Assembly (NCBI GenBank): GCA_945906755.1 | Contig: CAMDRJ010000001.1 | Location: 11,638-75,637 of the forward strand | Origin: Klebsiella pneumoniae | GTDB lineage: Bacteria; Pseudomonadota; Gammaproteobacteria; Burkholderiales; SG8-39 | Direction: 5' to 3' | DNA length: 64,000 bases | In this document: one piece after another, positions 26,417-36,519 of the stretch | How positions within the stretch are numbered: position 1 is the stretch's first letter | Layout of the letters: every line of letters begins with the position of its first letter | Notes under the pieces: generated by a model | What the model was told of the DNA's origin: nothing | Database searches by the model: none | What the model saw: only the letters and a program-made list of their open reading frames with translations | Program-made: the position numbers and the translations under genes

Positions 26417-27928
26417 ATGTCGCGCGATTACCTTGAGCGCATTTTGCGGGCGCGGGTCTACGATGTTGCGGAGCAAACGCCGCTCGAGGTGGCGGCCAAC
26501 CTGTCGGCGCGACTCGACAATCGGCTCCTGCTAAAGCGCGAGGACACGCAGTCGGTGTTCTCGTTCAAGTTGCGGGGTGCCTACAACAAGATGGCCAACC
26601 TGCCGGCGACAGAACTCAGGCGTGGCGTGATCGCTGCCTCCGACGGCAATCATGCACAAGGGGTTGCGCTCGCCGCGCAACGGCTGGCGTGCAAAGCGGT
26701 CATCGTCATGCCGGTCACCACGCCGCGCATCAAGATCGATGCGGTCGTGGCACGTGGCGCCGAAGTCATTCTCCACGGCGATTCGTATAGCGACGCCTAT
26801 GCAAAAGCGCGCGCGATGCAGACGAAGCGTCGCCTCACCTTCGTGCATCCCTATGACGATCCGGATGTCATCGCCGGGCAGGGCACCATCGGCATGGAAA
26901 TCCTGCGTCAAGCGAGCCGTCCGGTGCATGCGATCTTCGTGCCAATTGGCGGCGGTGGCCTCATCGCCGGGATCGCCGCCTATGTGAAGCGCGTGCAACC
27001 GACCGTGAAGATCATTGGCGTGCAGCCGATCGATGCGGATGCGATGGCGCAGTCGATCACAGCGGGGCGGCGTGTGACGCTCGCGCAAGTGGGCCTGTTC
27101 GCCGATGGCGTCGCGGTGAAGCAGGTCGGTGCGGAAACGTTCCGCATCGCACGCGCGCTGGTCGATGAGATCGTTCGTGTCGATACCGACGCGATTTGCG
27201 CTGCGATCAAGGATGCTTTCGAGGACACCCGCTCCATTCTCGAGCCGGCCGGCGCATTGGCGATCGCGGGCGCCAAGTCGTATGTCGGCGCGCACGGCAT
27301 CCGGGGCAAGGACCTCGTTGCGATCGCCTCAGGGGCTAATACCAACTTCGATCGCCTGCGCTTCGTTGCCGAGCGCGCTGAAGTGGGCGAACATCGTGAG
27401 GCGATTCTTGCGGTGACGATCCCGGAGCGTCCGGGCAGTTTCAAGGCGTTCTGTTCGTTGCTTGGCACGCATAATGTGACCGAGTTCAATTACCGGATCG
27501 CCGACCCGGACGAGGCGCATGTGTTTGTCGGCGTGCAGGTGCGCGATCGCATTGAAACCAAACGGTTGGTGCGGCTCCTCGATCGTGCCGGACTCCAATC
27601 GCTTGATCTGTCCGATAACGAGATGGCTAAGCTGCACGTCCGTCATCTGGTGGGTGGGCGCGCCCCATGGGCCCAGCACGAGCGGCTCTATCGATTCGAT
27701 TTTCCGGAACGACCGGGCGCGTTGATGCGGTTTCTCGAGGCGATGCAATCGGATTGGAATATCAGCCTGTTCCACTATCGCAATCACGGCGCCGATGTCG
27801 GTCGCGTGCTGGTGGGGATTCAGGTGCAGCCGGGCGAGATGCCCGCGTTTCGCCGGTTTCTCGCGCGGCTCGGCTATCCATACGAGGATGAAAGCAAGAA
27901 TGCGGCGTACCGGTTGTTTCTCGGGTAG
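26417..27928 (+). CDS. ilvA: Biosynthetic threonine dehydratase with two C-terminal ACT-like regulatory domains
   Basis: ORF 26393..27928; start at MSRDYLERIL (26417). PLP-lysine motif FSFKLRGAYNKM. Length about 503 aa. Confidence 0.95.
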   Translation: MSRDYLERILRARVYDVAEQTPLEVAANLSARLDNRLLLKREDTQSVFSFKLRGAYNKMANLPATELRRGVIAASDGNHAQGVALAAQRLACKAVIVMPVTTPRIKIDAVVARGAEVILHGDSYSDAYAKARAMQTKRRLTFVHPYDDPDVIAGQGTIGMEILRQASRPVHAIFVPIGGGGLIAGIAAYVKRVQPTVKIIGVQPIDADAMAQSITAGRRVTLAQVGLFADGVAVKQVGAETFRIARALVDEIVRVDTDAICAAIKDAFEDTRSILEPAGALAIAGAKSYVGAHGIRGKDLVAIASGANTNFDRLRFVAERAEVGEHREAILAVTIPERPGSFKAFCSLLGTHNVTEFNYRIADPDEAHVFVGVQVRDRIETKRLVRLLDRAGLQSLDLSDNEMAKLHVRHLVGGRAPWAQHERLYRFDFPERPGALMRFLEAMQSDWNISLFHYRNHGADVGRVLVGIQVQPGEMPAFRRFLARLGYPYEDESKNAAYRLFLG

Positions 27929-27938
27929 CTGATGCGCG

Positions 27939-28556
27939 TCACGACGGCACTACCACCAGCACGCCATTGACGCGCTGATAGAGCGCGCGCTCCGTGACGA
28001 CGAAATCCATCGGAATGTCGTAAGGCTGTGGGCGAATGGTTTCCAGCCTTGCAATTTCATAGGCGACGCCAATCGTTCTAGGACGTATAGGCAAGCTGGC
28101 CAGCGTTCGATCAAAAAATCCCGCGCCGTAGCCAAGCCGATAGCCGCCCGTATCAAAGCCGTTCATGGGAACGAGCATCGTGTCCGGTACCACACTATTC
28201 CCGTCCTTTGGGTAAGGGATATCGAGCGCGCCGCGTGCCAGTTCGACGCCGGGATGCCATGCCCGAAATTCAAGTGGCGTGCGCGGTGCGACAACGACTG
28301 GTAGTGCGGTCACCGCGCCGCGTTCGCGCAGCCGCTTGACCAAGGGCCGTGCGTCGTATTCGTTCTTGATCGGCCAACAGAACGCGATGACACCGATGGC
28401 GAGGTCAGCGAAATAATGTTGAAGGCGTCGATCGATTTGGTCGCGCCAATCGCGAAGTGTGACCTCGTCAACTTGTAACCGTGCCGCAACCAATGTATCG
28501 CGTTGTGCCTGACGCCAAGCTTGCAATGTGCCGTCTTGTGAATCTGGTCTTCGCAT
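27939..28556 (-). CDS. 5-formyltetrahydrofolate cyclo-ligase
   Basis: ORF 27939..28694; likely start is ATG 28556 (MRRPDSQ). C-terminal motif VPMNGFDTGGYRLGYGAGFFDRTL. Confidence 0.85.
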   Translation of the reverse strand: MRRPDSQDGTLQAWRQAQRDTLVAARLQVDEVTLRDWRDQIDRRLQHYFADLAIGVIAFCWPIKNEYDARPLVKRLRERGAVTALPVVVAPRTPLEFRAWHPGVELARGALDIPYPKDGNSVVPDTMLVPMNGFDTGGYRLGYGAGFFDRTLASLPIRPRTIGVAYEIARLETIRPQPYDIPMDFVVTERALYQRVNGVLVVVPS

Positions 28557-28648
28557 GCCGCAGCATATCGAAGGTGAGGATATCGCGTCCGATCCGGATG
28601 AACGATGATGGCTCCTCCACATGTTATGCTGACTCAGCCAAAAAACGT

Positions 28649-30586
28649 ATGCATACCAAGAGATTGGCCTACCTTCGCTTCGCCGCCGTCGCAACGACGA
28701 TGTTCTTTCTCGGTGCCGCGCCTGCTACGGCGTCGGATGAGTTGATCGCCGCCGCCGCCGACGCGTTCCAGAAGAGAGATGGCGCTCGCCTCGCGCGGCA
28801 TGTGGAACCGACCAAATCGCATCGCCTGGGTCAGTATGTGGAGTACTGGGCGCTCCGCATTAATCTTGACGATCAGCCGGCCGCCGCCGTTCGCGGTTTT
28901 CTGGAGCGCTTTGAGGGGACCTACAACGCCGACCGCCTGCGCAGCGAATGGCTGCGCTCACTTGGCAAGCGCGGGCAGTGGGAGACTTTCCAAACAGAAT
29001 ATGCAGCCTATACCGGCAAGGACCCGGAGATCGTTTGCTACGGAATCTTGTCGCAGCATCGCCTCGGTGAAACGGCCAATCTGGATGCATTCCGCCACAT
29101 CTGGCGAGAGCCCAGGGAACTGGCGGAAGGCTGCGCTACGCTTGCAGATCAGTTGGCGCGCGACGGTCGTCTGGCGGTCGATGTGGTCTGGGAACGCGCA
29201 CGCTCGCTGTCGGAAAACGGTTTTACGTTCTCGCTCAAACGCACCTTGACGCTTCTGCCACCAAAGGAAGCGGTGTCGGCGGCCCTGGTTGAACAGATTC
29301 TTGCCAATCCGCAGCGCGCGTTCGAGCCGAACGGGGTCAATCTCACAACGCGCGGCGGGCGTGAACTCTACGCAATGGCATTGGGTCGTGTCGCTCGGCG
29401 CGATCCCCACCAAGCCGCGAAACTCTTCTCGCCGGCCGTGCAAGCCAGATTCCCGGAAGCCGAACGGGCCTATGCCTTTGCGCAGTTCGCGCTGCACGGC
29501 GCGCGAAACCATTCGCCCGAATCAGTGAATTGGTATGCACAGACGGGCAAGGCGATCCTTTCTGAGGAGCAACTGGCTTGGAAAGTGCGCTCGGCATTGC
29601 GCGCACAGAATTGGCCGGAAGTCGATCGTACCGTGGCGGCGATGGGCCCGACCCAGAAAGAGGATCCGACCTGGACCTACTGGCGCGCGCGGGCACTACG
29701 CCAGATGGATCAGGTCGAAGTGGCCGATCAGCTATTCGGCAAGATTGCGGGCCAACATAATTTTTACGGCAATCTGGCCGCCGAAGAAATCGGTGCAACG
29801 ATCGTGATTCCGTCGCCGGGCACGCAAATATCGCCGGAAGAGCTTGCGTTCATTAGCGAGAATCCCGGCTTGCAACGTGCCCTTGCGCTTATCAAACTGC
29901 AGCTGCGTACCGATGCCGTTCGCGAATGGATCTTCTCGACACGCGGCCTATCGGATCGCCAACTCATTGCGGCCGCCGAATTGGCGCGCAACAACCAGAT
30001 TTGGGACCGCGCTATCAGCACGGCCGATCGCACGCTCGATCATCATGATTTCAGATTGCGCTATCTCGCCCCGTACCGGGATGTCTTTGCCACCAATGCC
30101 GGCCGCTATGGACTGGAAGAAAGTTGGGTCCTTGGCATCGCGCGCCAGGAAAGCCGGTTTATCGTGAATGCAAAGTCCACGGCCGGTGCCTCTGGGCTCA
30201 TGCAATTGATGCCCGCCACCGCGCAACTGGTCGCCAAGCGGATCGGCATGACGTCGTTTACGCAGAGTCGCGTCACCGAGCCGGAAATCAATATTCAATT
30301 GGGTACGCGCTACATGCGCCAGGTGTTGGACGATCTGGACGGGCATCCGCTGCTCGCCTCGGCCGCGTATAACGCCGGGCCGCGCCGCGCCCAGCAATGG
30401 CGTGCGTCAACGCCGCTCGAAGGGGCAATCTACGCTGAATCCATCCCGTTCAATGAAACGCGCGATTACGTCAAGCGGGTGTTTGCCAACACCATGTACT
30501 ACGCACGACTGAGCGGTGGGGACGTGGCTCCACTCAAGACCCGGCTTGGCATCATCGCGCCGCGTCCGGCCGGCTGGGTGATGTAA
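28649..30586 (+). CDS. slt: Soluble lytic murein transglycosylase
   Basis: ORF 28481..30586; start ATG 28649 gives the signal peptide MHTKRLAYLRFAAVATTMFFLGAAPATA. SLT catalytic block ESRF...GASGLMQLMPATA...AYNAGP. Confidence 0.9.
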   Translation: MHTKRLAYLRFAAVATTMFFLGAAPATASDELIAAAADAFQKRDGARLARHVEPTKSHRLGQYVEYWALRINLDDQPAAAVRGFLERFEGTYNADRLRSEWLRSLGKRGQWETFQTEYAAYTGKDPEIVCYGILSQHRLGETANLDAFRHIWREPRELAEGCATLADQLARDGRLAVDVVWERARSLSENGFTFSLKRTLTLLPPKEAVSAALVEQILANPQRAFEPNGVNLTTRGGRELYAMALGRVARRDPHQAAKLFSPAVQARFPEAERAYAFAQFALHGARNHSPESVNWYAQTGKAILSEEQLAWKVRSALRAQNWPEVDRTVAAMGPTQKEDPTWTYWRARALRQMDQVEVADQLFGKIAGQHNFYGNLAAEEIGATIVIPSPGTQISPEELAFISENPGLQRALALIKLQLRTDAVREWIFSTRGLSDRQLIAAAELARNNQIWDRAISTADRTLDHHDFRLRYLAPYRDVFATNAGRYGLEESWVLGIARQESRFIVNAKSTAGASGLMQLMPATAQLVAKRIGMTSFTQSRVTEPEINIQLGTRYMRQVLDDLDGHPLLASAAYNAGPRRAQQWRASTPLEGAIYAESIPFNETRDYVKRVFANTMYYARLSGGDVAPLKTRLGIIAPRPAGWVM

Positions 30587-30744
30587 GCAAGAGCGGAGGC
30601 CGGATGCAATGACGCTTACCGATGAGCGATCGCGCGCGGTCGCCGCGCGTTAGAATCCGGTCCAGTCGCGGGGGCGAGTACACCGCCGTTCCGTGCGGCC
30701 CGCCCACCTGTCATCGTTCCCTTCCTCGCTAAAGCGCCTTATCC

Positions 30745-31734
30745 ATGGCTCGAATCTGTTTAATAGGTGGTAGCGGTTTTCTTGGCCGCAACATCGCCGA
30801 ACTCCTGGTCCGTGACCAGCATGTCGTGGTCGTGCCGACGCGGCGCCGTGAGCGCGCCAAGCGCAATCTGATTTTCTTGCCGACCGTCGATGTGATCGAG
30901 GCGAATGTCCATGACGACGCCGCCCTCGATGCGGCCCTGACGGGCTGCGAAGTCGTCATCAATCTCGTCGGCGTGTTGCACAGTCCATCCGCGCAACCCT
31001 ACGGTCCGGCGTTTGCGCGTGCCCATGTGCAATTGCCGGAGCGAATTGTTCGGGCCTGTGAACGGATCGGTGTGCGACGGTTGATCCATATGAGCGCCTT
31101 GGGTGCCGCTGCCGATGCGCCGAGCGAATATCAGCGCTCCAAAGCCGCCGGCGAAACGGCTGTCCTTGCCGCATCGGGAAAGCTCGATATCACAATCTTT
31201 CGGCCATCGGTCGTGTTCGGGATGGACGATCAGTTCCTCAATCTGTTCGCCACCATGCAGCGCCTGTTGCCAGTGGTCGTGTTGGCAGGTTGTGGCGCGA
31301 AATTTCAGCCGGTCTTCATCGAGGATGTCGCCCGCGCTGTCGTAGCGAGCCTCGACAGCAAAGAAAGCTTTGGCAAACGCTATGACCTGGTGGGGCCGAA
31401 GGTCTATACGCTTCGAGAGCTGGTGCGATACGCCGGCGCGATGGCGAAATGTCCGCGACCGATCATCGAAGTGGGCGAACGCCTTGGGATGTTGCAAGCG
31501 ATGGTCATGGAACTTGGCATCGTCAAGTTCGCACTCGGTCGCCAGCTGATGAGCCGCGACAACCTGCGCTCGATGCAGATCGACAATGTTTCGGGCGCCG
31601 CATTCCCGTTCGGCATCACACCGACGCCGCTCGAATCAGTCGCGCCCACCTATCTCACCGGCGTATTCGCGCGGTCCCGTTACAGCACCTATCGCTATCG
31701 GGCTGGGCGTTCCCCTGGATTCATGCAACGGTAA
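30745..31734 (+). CDS. NAD(P)H-binding complex I NDUFA9-like / NmrA-type epimerase-family protein
   Basis: 329 aa. MARICLIGGSGFLGRNI Rossmann N-terminus. Confidence 0.8.
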   Translation: MARICLIGGSGFLGRNIAELLVRDQHVVVVPTRRRERAKRNLIFLPTVDVIEANVHDDAALDAALTGCEVVINLVGVLHSPSAQPYGPAFARAHVQLPERIVRACERIGVRRLIHMSALGAAADAPSEYQRSKAAGETAVLAASGKLDITIFRPSVVFGMDDQFLNLFATMQRLLPVVVLAGCGAKFQPVFIEDVARAVVASLDSKESFGKRYDLVGPKVYTLRELVRYAGAMAKCPRPIIEVGERLGMLQAMVMELGIVKFALGRQLMSRDNLRSMQIDNVSGAAFPFGITPTPLESVAPTYLTGVFARSRYSTYRYRAGRSPGFMQR

Positions 31735-31740
31735 GACATC

Positions 31741-32406
31741 ATGGCAAGTCTCAGTCTGGTCATCGGCAACAAGAACTACTCATCCTGGTCGATGCGCGCA
31801 TGGATCCTGATGACGCATTTCGGTATTGCATTCGATGAGATTCAAACCTGGCTCTATCAACCCGATACCGAGGCGAGCATCAAGCGCTATAGCCCGACCG
31901 GGCTGGTGCCCTGCCTGATCGACGGGCCGTTGCATATCTGGGATACCTTGGCGATCGCCGAATATCTCGCTGAAAAATTTCCCAATAAGAACCTGTGGCC
32001 GGTTGCCCCGGACGCACGCGCGATTGCGCGGTCAGTCACCGCCGAAATGCATGCGGGCTTTGGCGCCTTGCGCCGGTCGATGCCGATGAACATTCGCAAT
32101 CGCTATCCTGGCAAGGGTCGTGGCGACGAAGTCGATCGCGATATCGCGCGTCTGGAGGCGCTGTGGAATGATTGCAGGCGTCGCTTCGGCGCGGGCGGTG
32201 ATTATCTGTTTGGGCAGTTTTCGATTGCCGATGCGTTCTATGCGCCGATCGTGTTTCGCTTCAACACCTATGGCGTTCGACCGCGCGGTCTGGCCGACCT
32301 CTACATGCAGGCCATGCTGGCGAGCCCCGCGCTGCAGAAGCTGGCGCGCGAGGCTGCCGCTGAAGGTCATGCGTTGTCGGTGTACGACGATCGCTATCCT
32401 GCTTGA
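31741..32406 (+). CDS. Glutathione S-transferase family protein
   Basis: 221 aa. [17 protein letters not shown]-terminus is typical of the YfcF-like GST group. Confidence 0.8.
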   Translation: MASLSLVIGNKNYSSWSMRAWILMTHFGIAFDEIQTWLYQPDTEASIKRYSPTGLVPCLIDGPLHIWDTLAIAEYLAEKFPNKNLWPVAPDARAIARSVTAEMHAGFGALRRSMPMNIRNRYPGKGRGDEVDRDIARLEALWNDCRRRFGAGGDYLFGQFSIADAFYAPIVFRFNTYGVRPRGLADLYMQAMLASPALQKLAREAAAEGHALSVYDDRYPA

Positions 32407-32432
32407 CCCACTTGTGCGCGCGGCGCACTGAC

Positions 32433-33545
32433 ATGAGCGCGCATTCCATTCCTGTGCCCGGCAAGGTGTACGAAGTGGGCGGTGCCGTTCGCGATCGGCT
32501 ACTTGGCCGGCCGGTGCAGGATCGCGATTTCGTCGTGGTCGGTGCGACCCCAGAAGAAATGGAACGGGCCGGCTTCAAACCGGTGGGCAGCGACTTTCCG
32601 GTCTTTCTGCATCCTGAGACGCATGACGAATATGCACTGGCGCGCACCGAGCGAAAGTCCGGACGTGGTTACAAGGGCTTCACCGTCCACACCAGTCCTG
32701 ATGTGACCTTGGAAGAAGACCTGGCGCGACGCGATCTCACGATCAACGCGATTGCCGCCGATGTCGACGGCAAGATCATCGATCCATTTGGCGGCGTGAG
32801 CGACCTGCAGCAGGGCATCTTGCGCCATGTGAGCGAGGCGTTCGTCGAAGACCCGGTTCGCCTCCTGAGAATCGCGCGATTCGTCGCCCGCTACGGCTTT
32901 CGTATTGCACCCGAGACGGAGGCGCTTCTTCGCACCATGGTTGCAAACGGTGAAGTGGATGCGCTGGTATCTGAACGCGTATGGCAAGAATTGTCCAAAG
33001 GCCTCATGGAGCCCGCACCGGTTCGCATGCTGGACACACTCGACCAGGTCGGCGCGCTGGTGCGTATCCTGCCCGAGTGGAAAAGTGTTGAGCCGATTCG
33101 GGTCAAGCAGGCGTTGGCGACTGCGGCTCAACAAAATCTTCCGCTTGCAGCGCGCTTTGCCCTGTTTTTTGTCGGTGCTCCCGAGGAAGCGGTGGCGGCG
33201 GCTGGTGTTCGGTTGCGAGCGCCAGCCGAATGTGTTGAGCTTGCTCTTATCCTGCAGCGTCATGGCCATGCGATGATGGCTGCGATGCGCGCCGATGCCG
33301 AGGCATTGGTCGCGTTGCTGCAACATCTTGATCCCTATCGACGTCCGGAGCGGTTTGCATTAATGCTGGATTCTTTGCTCGCCATGGATGCCGCTGCGTT
33401 GCCTGCGGTGGCTCGCCTGCGATTGGCGTTCCAGGCGGTGGGGAGTGTGTCGACCGGGCAGATCGCCAAGAGCCATCCAGGCGGCGAGGCGCAGGCAATT
33501 CGCGCCGCGCGTGTTGCGGCGGTCCGCGCGGCGTTGAGCGCATGA
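32433..33545 (+). CDS. cca: CCA-adding tRNA nucleotidyltransferase (class II) lacking a recognisable HD phosphohydrolase domain
   Basis: ORF 32403..33545; start MSAHSIP (32433). Head-domain motifs [21 protein letters not shown] and [10 protein letters not shown]. No H...HD...D block in the C-terminal half. Confidence 0.85.
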   Translation: MSAHSIPVPGKVYEVGGAVRDRLLGRPVQDRDFVVVGATPEEMERAGFKPVGSDFPVFLHPETHDEYALARTERKSGRGYKGFTVHTSPDVTLEEDLARRDLTINAIAADVDGKIIDPFGGVSDLQQGILRHVSEAFVEDPVRLLRIARFVARYGFRIAPETEALLRTMVANGEVDALVSERVWQELSKGLMEPAPVRMLDTLDQVGALVRILPEWKSVEPIRVKQALATAAQQNLPLAARFALFFVGAPEEAVAAAGVRLRAPAECVELALILQRHGHAMMAAMRADAEALVALLQHLDPYRRPERFALMLDSLLAMDAAALPAVARLRLAFQAVGSVSTGQIAKSHPGGEAQAIRAARVAAVRAALSA

Positions 33546-34930
33546 GGACCGCATCGATCGGCGCGGAACTGCGATTGCTCGGGCGTGGCCTTGGCTGCAA
33601 TCTGCTGGCGGGGTTTAGGTTGGCGCTCTTTATGCGCGTGTCGCCCGCACAATTTCGGGTGTCGGCGGCCCATTTGCTCGTCCTGCTCGCATTCAACCTG
33701 CTCGTATGGTTTTGCGCCGATGTGTTCACGGTTGGCCTGTCCGGAGAACTGCGTCCGGAATCGCTTACGACGCTGTTCGCGCAGATCGGGGTGATGCTGC
33801 TGGTGAGTACGCTCATTGCCGGCCTCGCTGGGCGCGGCGAATTGGCGCTGCTGCTACCGATCATGTGTAACGCCTGGGATGTTTTCTTTGAAGCGATTTT
33901 CCTCGCTGAAGCAGCGCTCGGATTGACCGCGAATCAGCTTATTGCACCGGAGGTTGCGAACGGGCTTGCGCTCGTCCTGTTGCTCTGGCCGTTGTTGGTT
34001 GTGCTGCGTGCAGTCGTGATTGCGATGCCGGTGCGACGCTGGCAAACAGCGCCGGCGCTGGTGTTGTCGGTCGGATTGTTTTGGACGCTCACAACGCTCC
34101 TGCCGCGTGCCGATCTATGGCAGGTGCCGGGCCGCGGCTTGCAGGGCATCGCATCGGGCATTGAGCAGGAAGCGCTGTTTCATCGGCAGCCCTTGTTGCT
34201 GGAACAAGCCCTCGAACGATTGTCCGGCACGCCGTCGAATTCGCCGGAGTTGTTCTTCCTTGGTGTGTCGCCCTACGCATCGCAGGATGTGTTTCTGCGT
34301 GAGATGCGTTCGGTTGCGCGAATTCTCGAACGGCGTTTTTCGATTGCGGACCGGTCTGTGGTGCTGATCAACAATCGCACCACGCTTGGCACTTTCCCGA
34401 TTGCAACCGCGACGAATCTGCGCGCGGCACTGGCTCGCTTCGGCGAACGGATGAATATTGAAAATGATGTGCTGCTGCTTTTTCTCACCACGCATGGCGA
34501 GCCGTCGCATGAACTGGTGTTTGATTTGCCGCCCTTGGTGCTCGATCCGGTGCGCCCCACCGATCTTGCCGAGATGCTGGACGAAAGTGGCATTCGCTGG
34601 CGCGTGATCGTCATTTCCGCTTGTTATTCGGGTGGCTTCGTCGAGGCGCTGAAGAGCCCCTACACGATCGTCATCACGGCGTCCGATGCGACTTCAACAT
34701 CGTTCGGTTGTGCGCATGAGAATGAATGGACCCATTTTGGTGAGGCGTATTTCAACGAGGGCATCGTGCAGAACCCCTCTTTTGTCGAGGCATTCGAAAT
34801 CGCGCGCAATGCGATCGCACAGCGTGAGAAGGCAGAGCGGCTGGAGCCTTCGAACCCGCAGCTGTTTGTGGGTGAGGCGATTCGTGAACGGCTCGACGTT
34901 CTCACGCGCCGCTGGGCGGACGTCAAATAA
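33542..34930 (+). CDS. Membrane-anchored peptidase C13 (legumain/caspase-like) family protein
   Basis: 462 aa. Multi-TM N-terminal half. C-terminal half has [10 protein letters not shown] and [12 protein letters not shown], a His-Cys dyad in the C13 arrangement. Confidence 0.75.
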   Translation: MRTASIGAELRLLGRGLGCNLLAGFRLALFMRVSPAQFRVSAAHLLVLLAFNLLVWFCADVFTVGLSGELRPESLTTLFAQIGVMLLVSTLIAGLAGRGELALLLPIMCNAWDVFFEAIFLAEAALGLTANQLIAPEVANGLALVLLLWPLLVVLRAVVIAMPVRRWQTAPALVLSVGLFWTLTTLLPRADLWQVPGRGLQGIASGIEQEALFHRQPLLLEQALERLSGTPSNSPELFFLGVSPYASQDVFLREMRSVARILERRFSIADRSVVLINNRTTLGTFPIATATNLRAALARFGERMNIENDVLLLFLTTHGEPSHELVFDLPPLVLDPVRPTDLAEMLDESGIRWRVIVISACYSGGFVEALKSPYTIVITASDATSTSFGCAHENEWTHFGEAYFNEGIVQNPSFVEAFEIARNAIAQREKAERLEPSNPQLFVGEAIRERLDVLTRRWADVK

Positions 34931-35117
34931 ATCGCGCGAGCAGCGCGAGCAGGGCCGAAAGCAAGATCGTCGTGGTGAACGGCAGATAGACGTCGCGGCC
35001 GCGAATGCGAAACACCACATCGCCTGGCAGCTTGCCAAGGCCAAAGCGTGCGAGCAGCGGCATCAAACCGGTTAACAGGATCAACGCAACGAGCGTCGTG
35101 ATAAGCCATTTGAACAT
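34923..35117 (-). CDS. DUF2905 small membrane protein
   Basis: 64 aa from ATG 35117. MFKWLITTLVALILL...LGKLPGDVVF...LPFTTTILLS matches the DUF2905 pattern. The ORF-track start at 35306 is an over-extension. Confidence 0.7.
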   Translation of the reverse strand: MFKWLITTLVALILLTGLMPLLARFGLGKLPGDVVFRIRGRDVYLPFTTTILLSALLALLARFI

Positions 35118-35202
35118 GGCCGCATTATGACTCCCGCGGCCTGATGCCGTGGGCGTTTGTCGTACACTTCGATGTAAACGTGCCATCGCCTGAGGAGGAT
35201 TC

Positions 35203-35827
35203 ATGATCGATCTGTACACATGGGGAACGCCGAACGGTCGCAAGGTATCAGTCATGCTCGAAGAATGTGGCTTGCCGTACACGACGCACAAGGTCGATAT
35301 CGGCAAAGCGAATGATCAGTTCAAGCCGGAGTTTCTCGCGATCAGTCCGAATGGCAAGATTCCGGCCATCGTTGATTCCGAGGGCCCGGGCGGCAAGCGC
35401 TATTCGATGTTCGAATCCGGCGCGATCCTGGTCTATCTTGCGGGCAAGACCGGCAAGTTCATGCCCGACGATCTCGCAGGCAAGTACGACACGTTGCAAT
35501 GGCTCATGTTTCAGATGGCATCGGTCGGACCCATGTTTGGACAGGTTCATCATTTTCTGCGCGCGGCGCCAGAGCCGGTGCCCTATGGCATCGAACGCTA
35601 TTCGAAGGAGAAGGACCGCTTGTATGTATGGGGTCATGAACAAGCGGCTTGGTGAATCACGCTACCTTGCCGGCAGCACCTACTCGATCGCCGACATCGC
35701 GACCTATCCATGGGTGTCGCGCTTCGACTATCACAAGACCAATCTCGATGATCATCCGCACGTTAAGCGTTGGCACGACGAACTGAGCGCACGGAAGGCG
35801 GTGCAGCGGGGCATGGCGGTGCCTTGA
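35203..35827 (+). pseudogene. Glutathione S-transferase (YghU/Nu-class-like) interrupted by a 4-bp tandem duplication
   Basis: The N-terminal part is in the frame of ORF 35203..35655. The C-terminal part (GVMNKRLGESRYLAGSTYSIADIATYPW...) is in the frame of ORF 35267..35827. The frames rejoin if one GTAT of gtatgtat (35622..35629) is removed. Confidence 0.8.
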
Positions 35828-35828
35828 T

Positions 35829-36491
35829 TCAGTTCTTCCGCGCGTAGCGCCCAAGAAAAGCGTTGATTTCTTCAATGCGCAATTGGGGTTCGCGGTGGTC
35901 GACCTCGCTGCCGGTGACGCGATTCATCCATGCCATATTGCGCTCCATGCGCGCGGTCACGGCCCGCCATTCTGTCGCTGTATAGCGACGTGGATCAGGC
36001 AGGACATGGCACTGCTGGCAGGCCAGCCGAAATGATTGGCTGCTGGCGCGTTCGAGTTCGGGATAACGGTCCCGTTCGATCGCTTGCTGCGCATAGCGCC
36101 TGAGATAGGCGGTAATCAGCGCCACTTCGTTGGGATCGGGGGTCATGACATCGCCCATCATCGCTTGCATGAGCGCGCCCCGATTGCCCTTGCCATCGAT
36201 GCGCTTCACCATGCGATCGACCACGCGTGGCCAGCGCGCCGCATCGTGCATCGCCGGGCTGGGCAGGTGATGACATTGGACGCAGTAACGCACCAACAAA
36301 CGCGCGCCGCGCGATCGTGGATCGGGGAGTTCGGCGGGCGAGAGCGCAGGCGGCAGAATCCGTTCGAGCATCGGGCCCTGTGGAGAGCCGGCCCAGCGCT
36401 GCCGAGCGGTTTCCACCGCACGTTCCGCATCGCTTGCAGCGAATACGTGCATTGAAATGCAAAGGCCGACTATCAAGCAAACGACGCGCAT
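35829..36491 (-). CDS. Secreted dihaem cytochrome c
   Basis: 220 aa. Signal peptide MRVVCLIVGLCISMHVFAA. Two CxxCH motifs (CVQCH, CQQCH), each followed by a ...W..V..RM... module. Confidence 0.8.
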   Translation of the reverse strand: MRVVCLIVGLCISMHVFAASDAERAVETARQRWAGSPQGPMLERILPPALSPAELPDPRSRGARLLVRYCVQCHHLPSPAMHDAARWPRVVDRMVKRIDGKGNRGALMQAMMGDVMTPDPNEVALITAYLRRYAQQAIERDRYPELERASSQSFRLACQQCHVLPDPRRYTATEWRAVTARMERNMAWMNRVTGSEVDHREPQLRIEEINAFLGRYARKN

Positions 36492-36519
36492 GATGAGAGG
36501 TCAATACCGGTTGTCGATC

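Noticed and set aside
28481-28694. Overlapping 5' extensions of slt (from 28481) and the cyclo-ligase (to 28694) given by the ORF track
   Set aside because: The extensions overlap each other on opposite strands and add non-homologous residues. The internal starts (28649 and 28556) give a proper signal peptide and a normal-length enzyme.
28557-28760. 6S RNA (ssrS), which in many proteobacteria lies immediately upstream of the 5-formyl-THF cyclo-ligase gene
   Set aside because: Only about 90 nt separate the cyclo-ligase start (28556) from the divergent slt start (28649). The minus-strand sequence there shows no long terminal helix or central bubble and is partly slt signal-peptide coding sequence.
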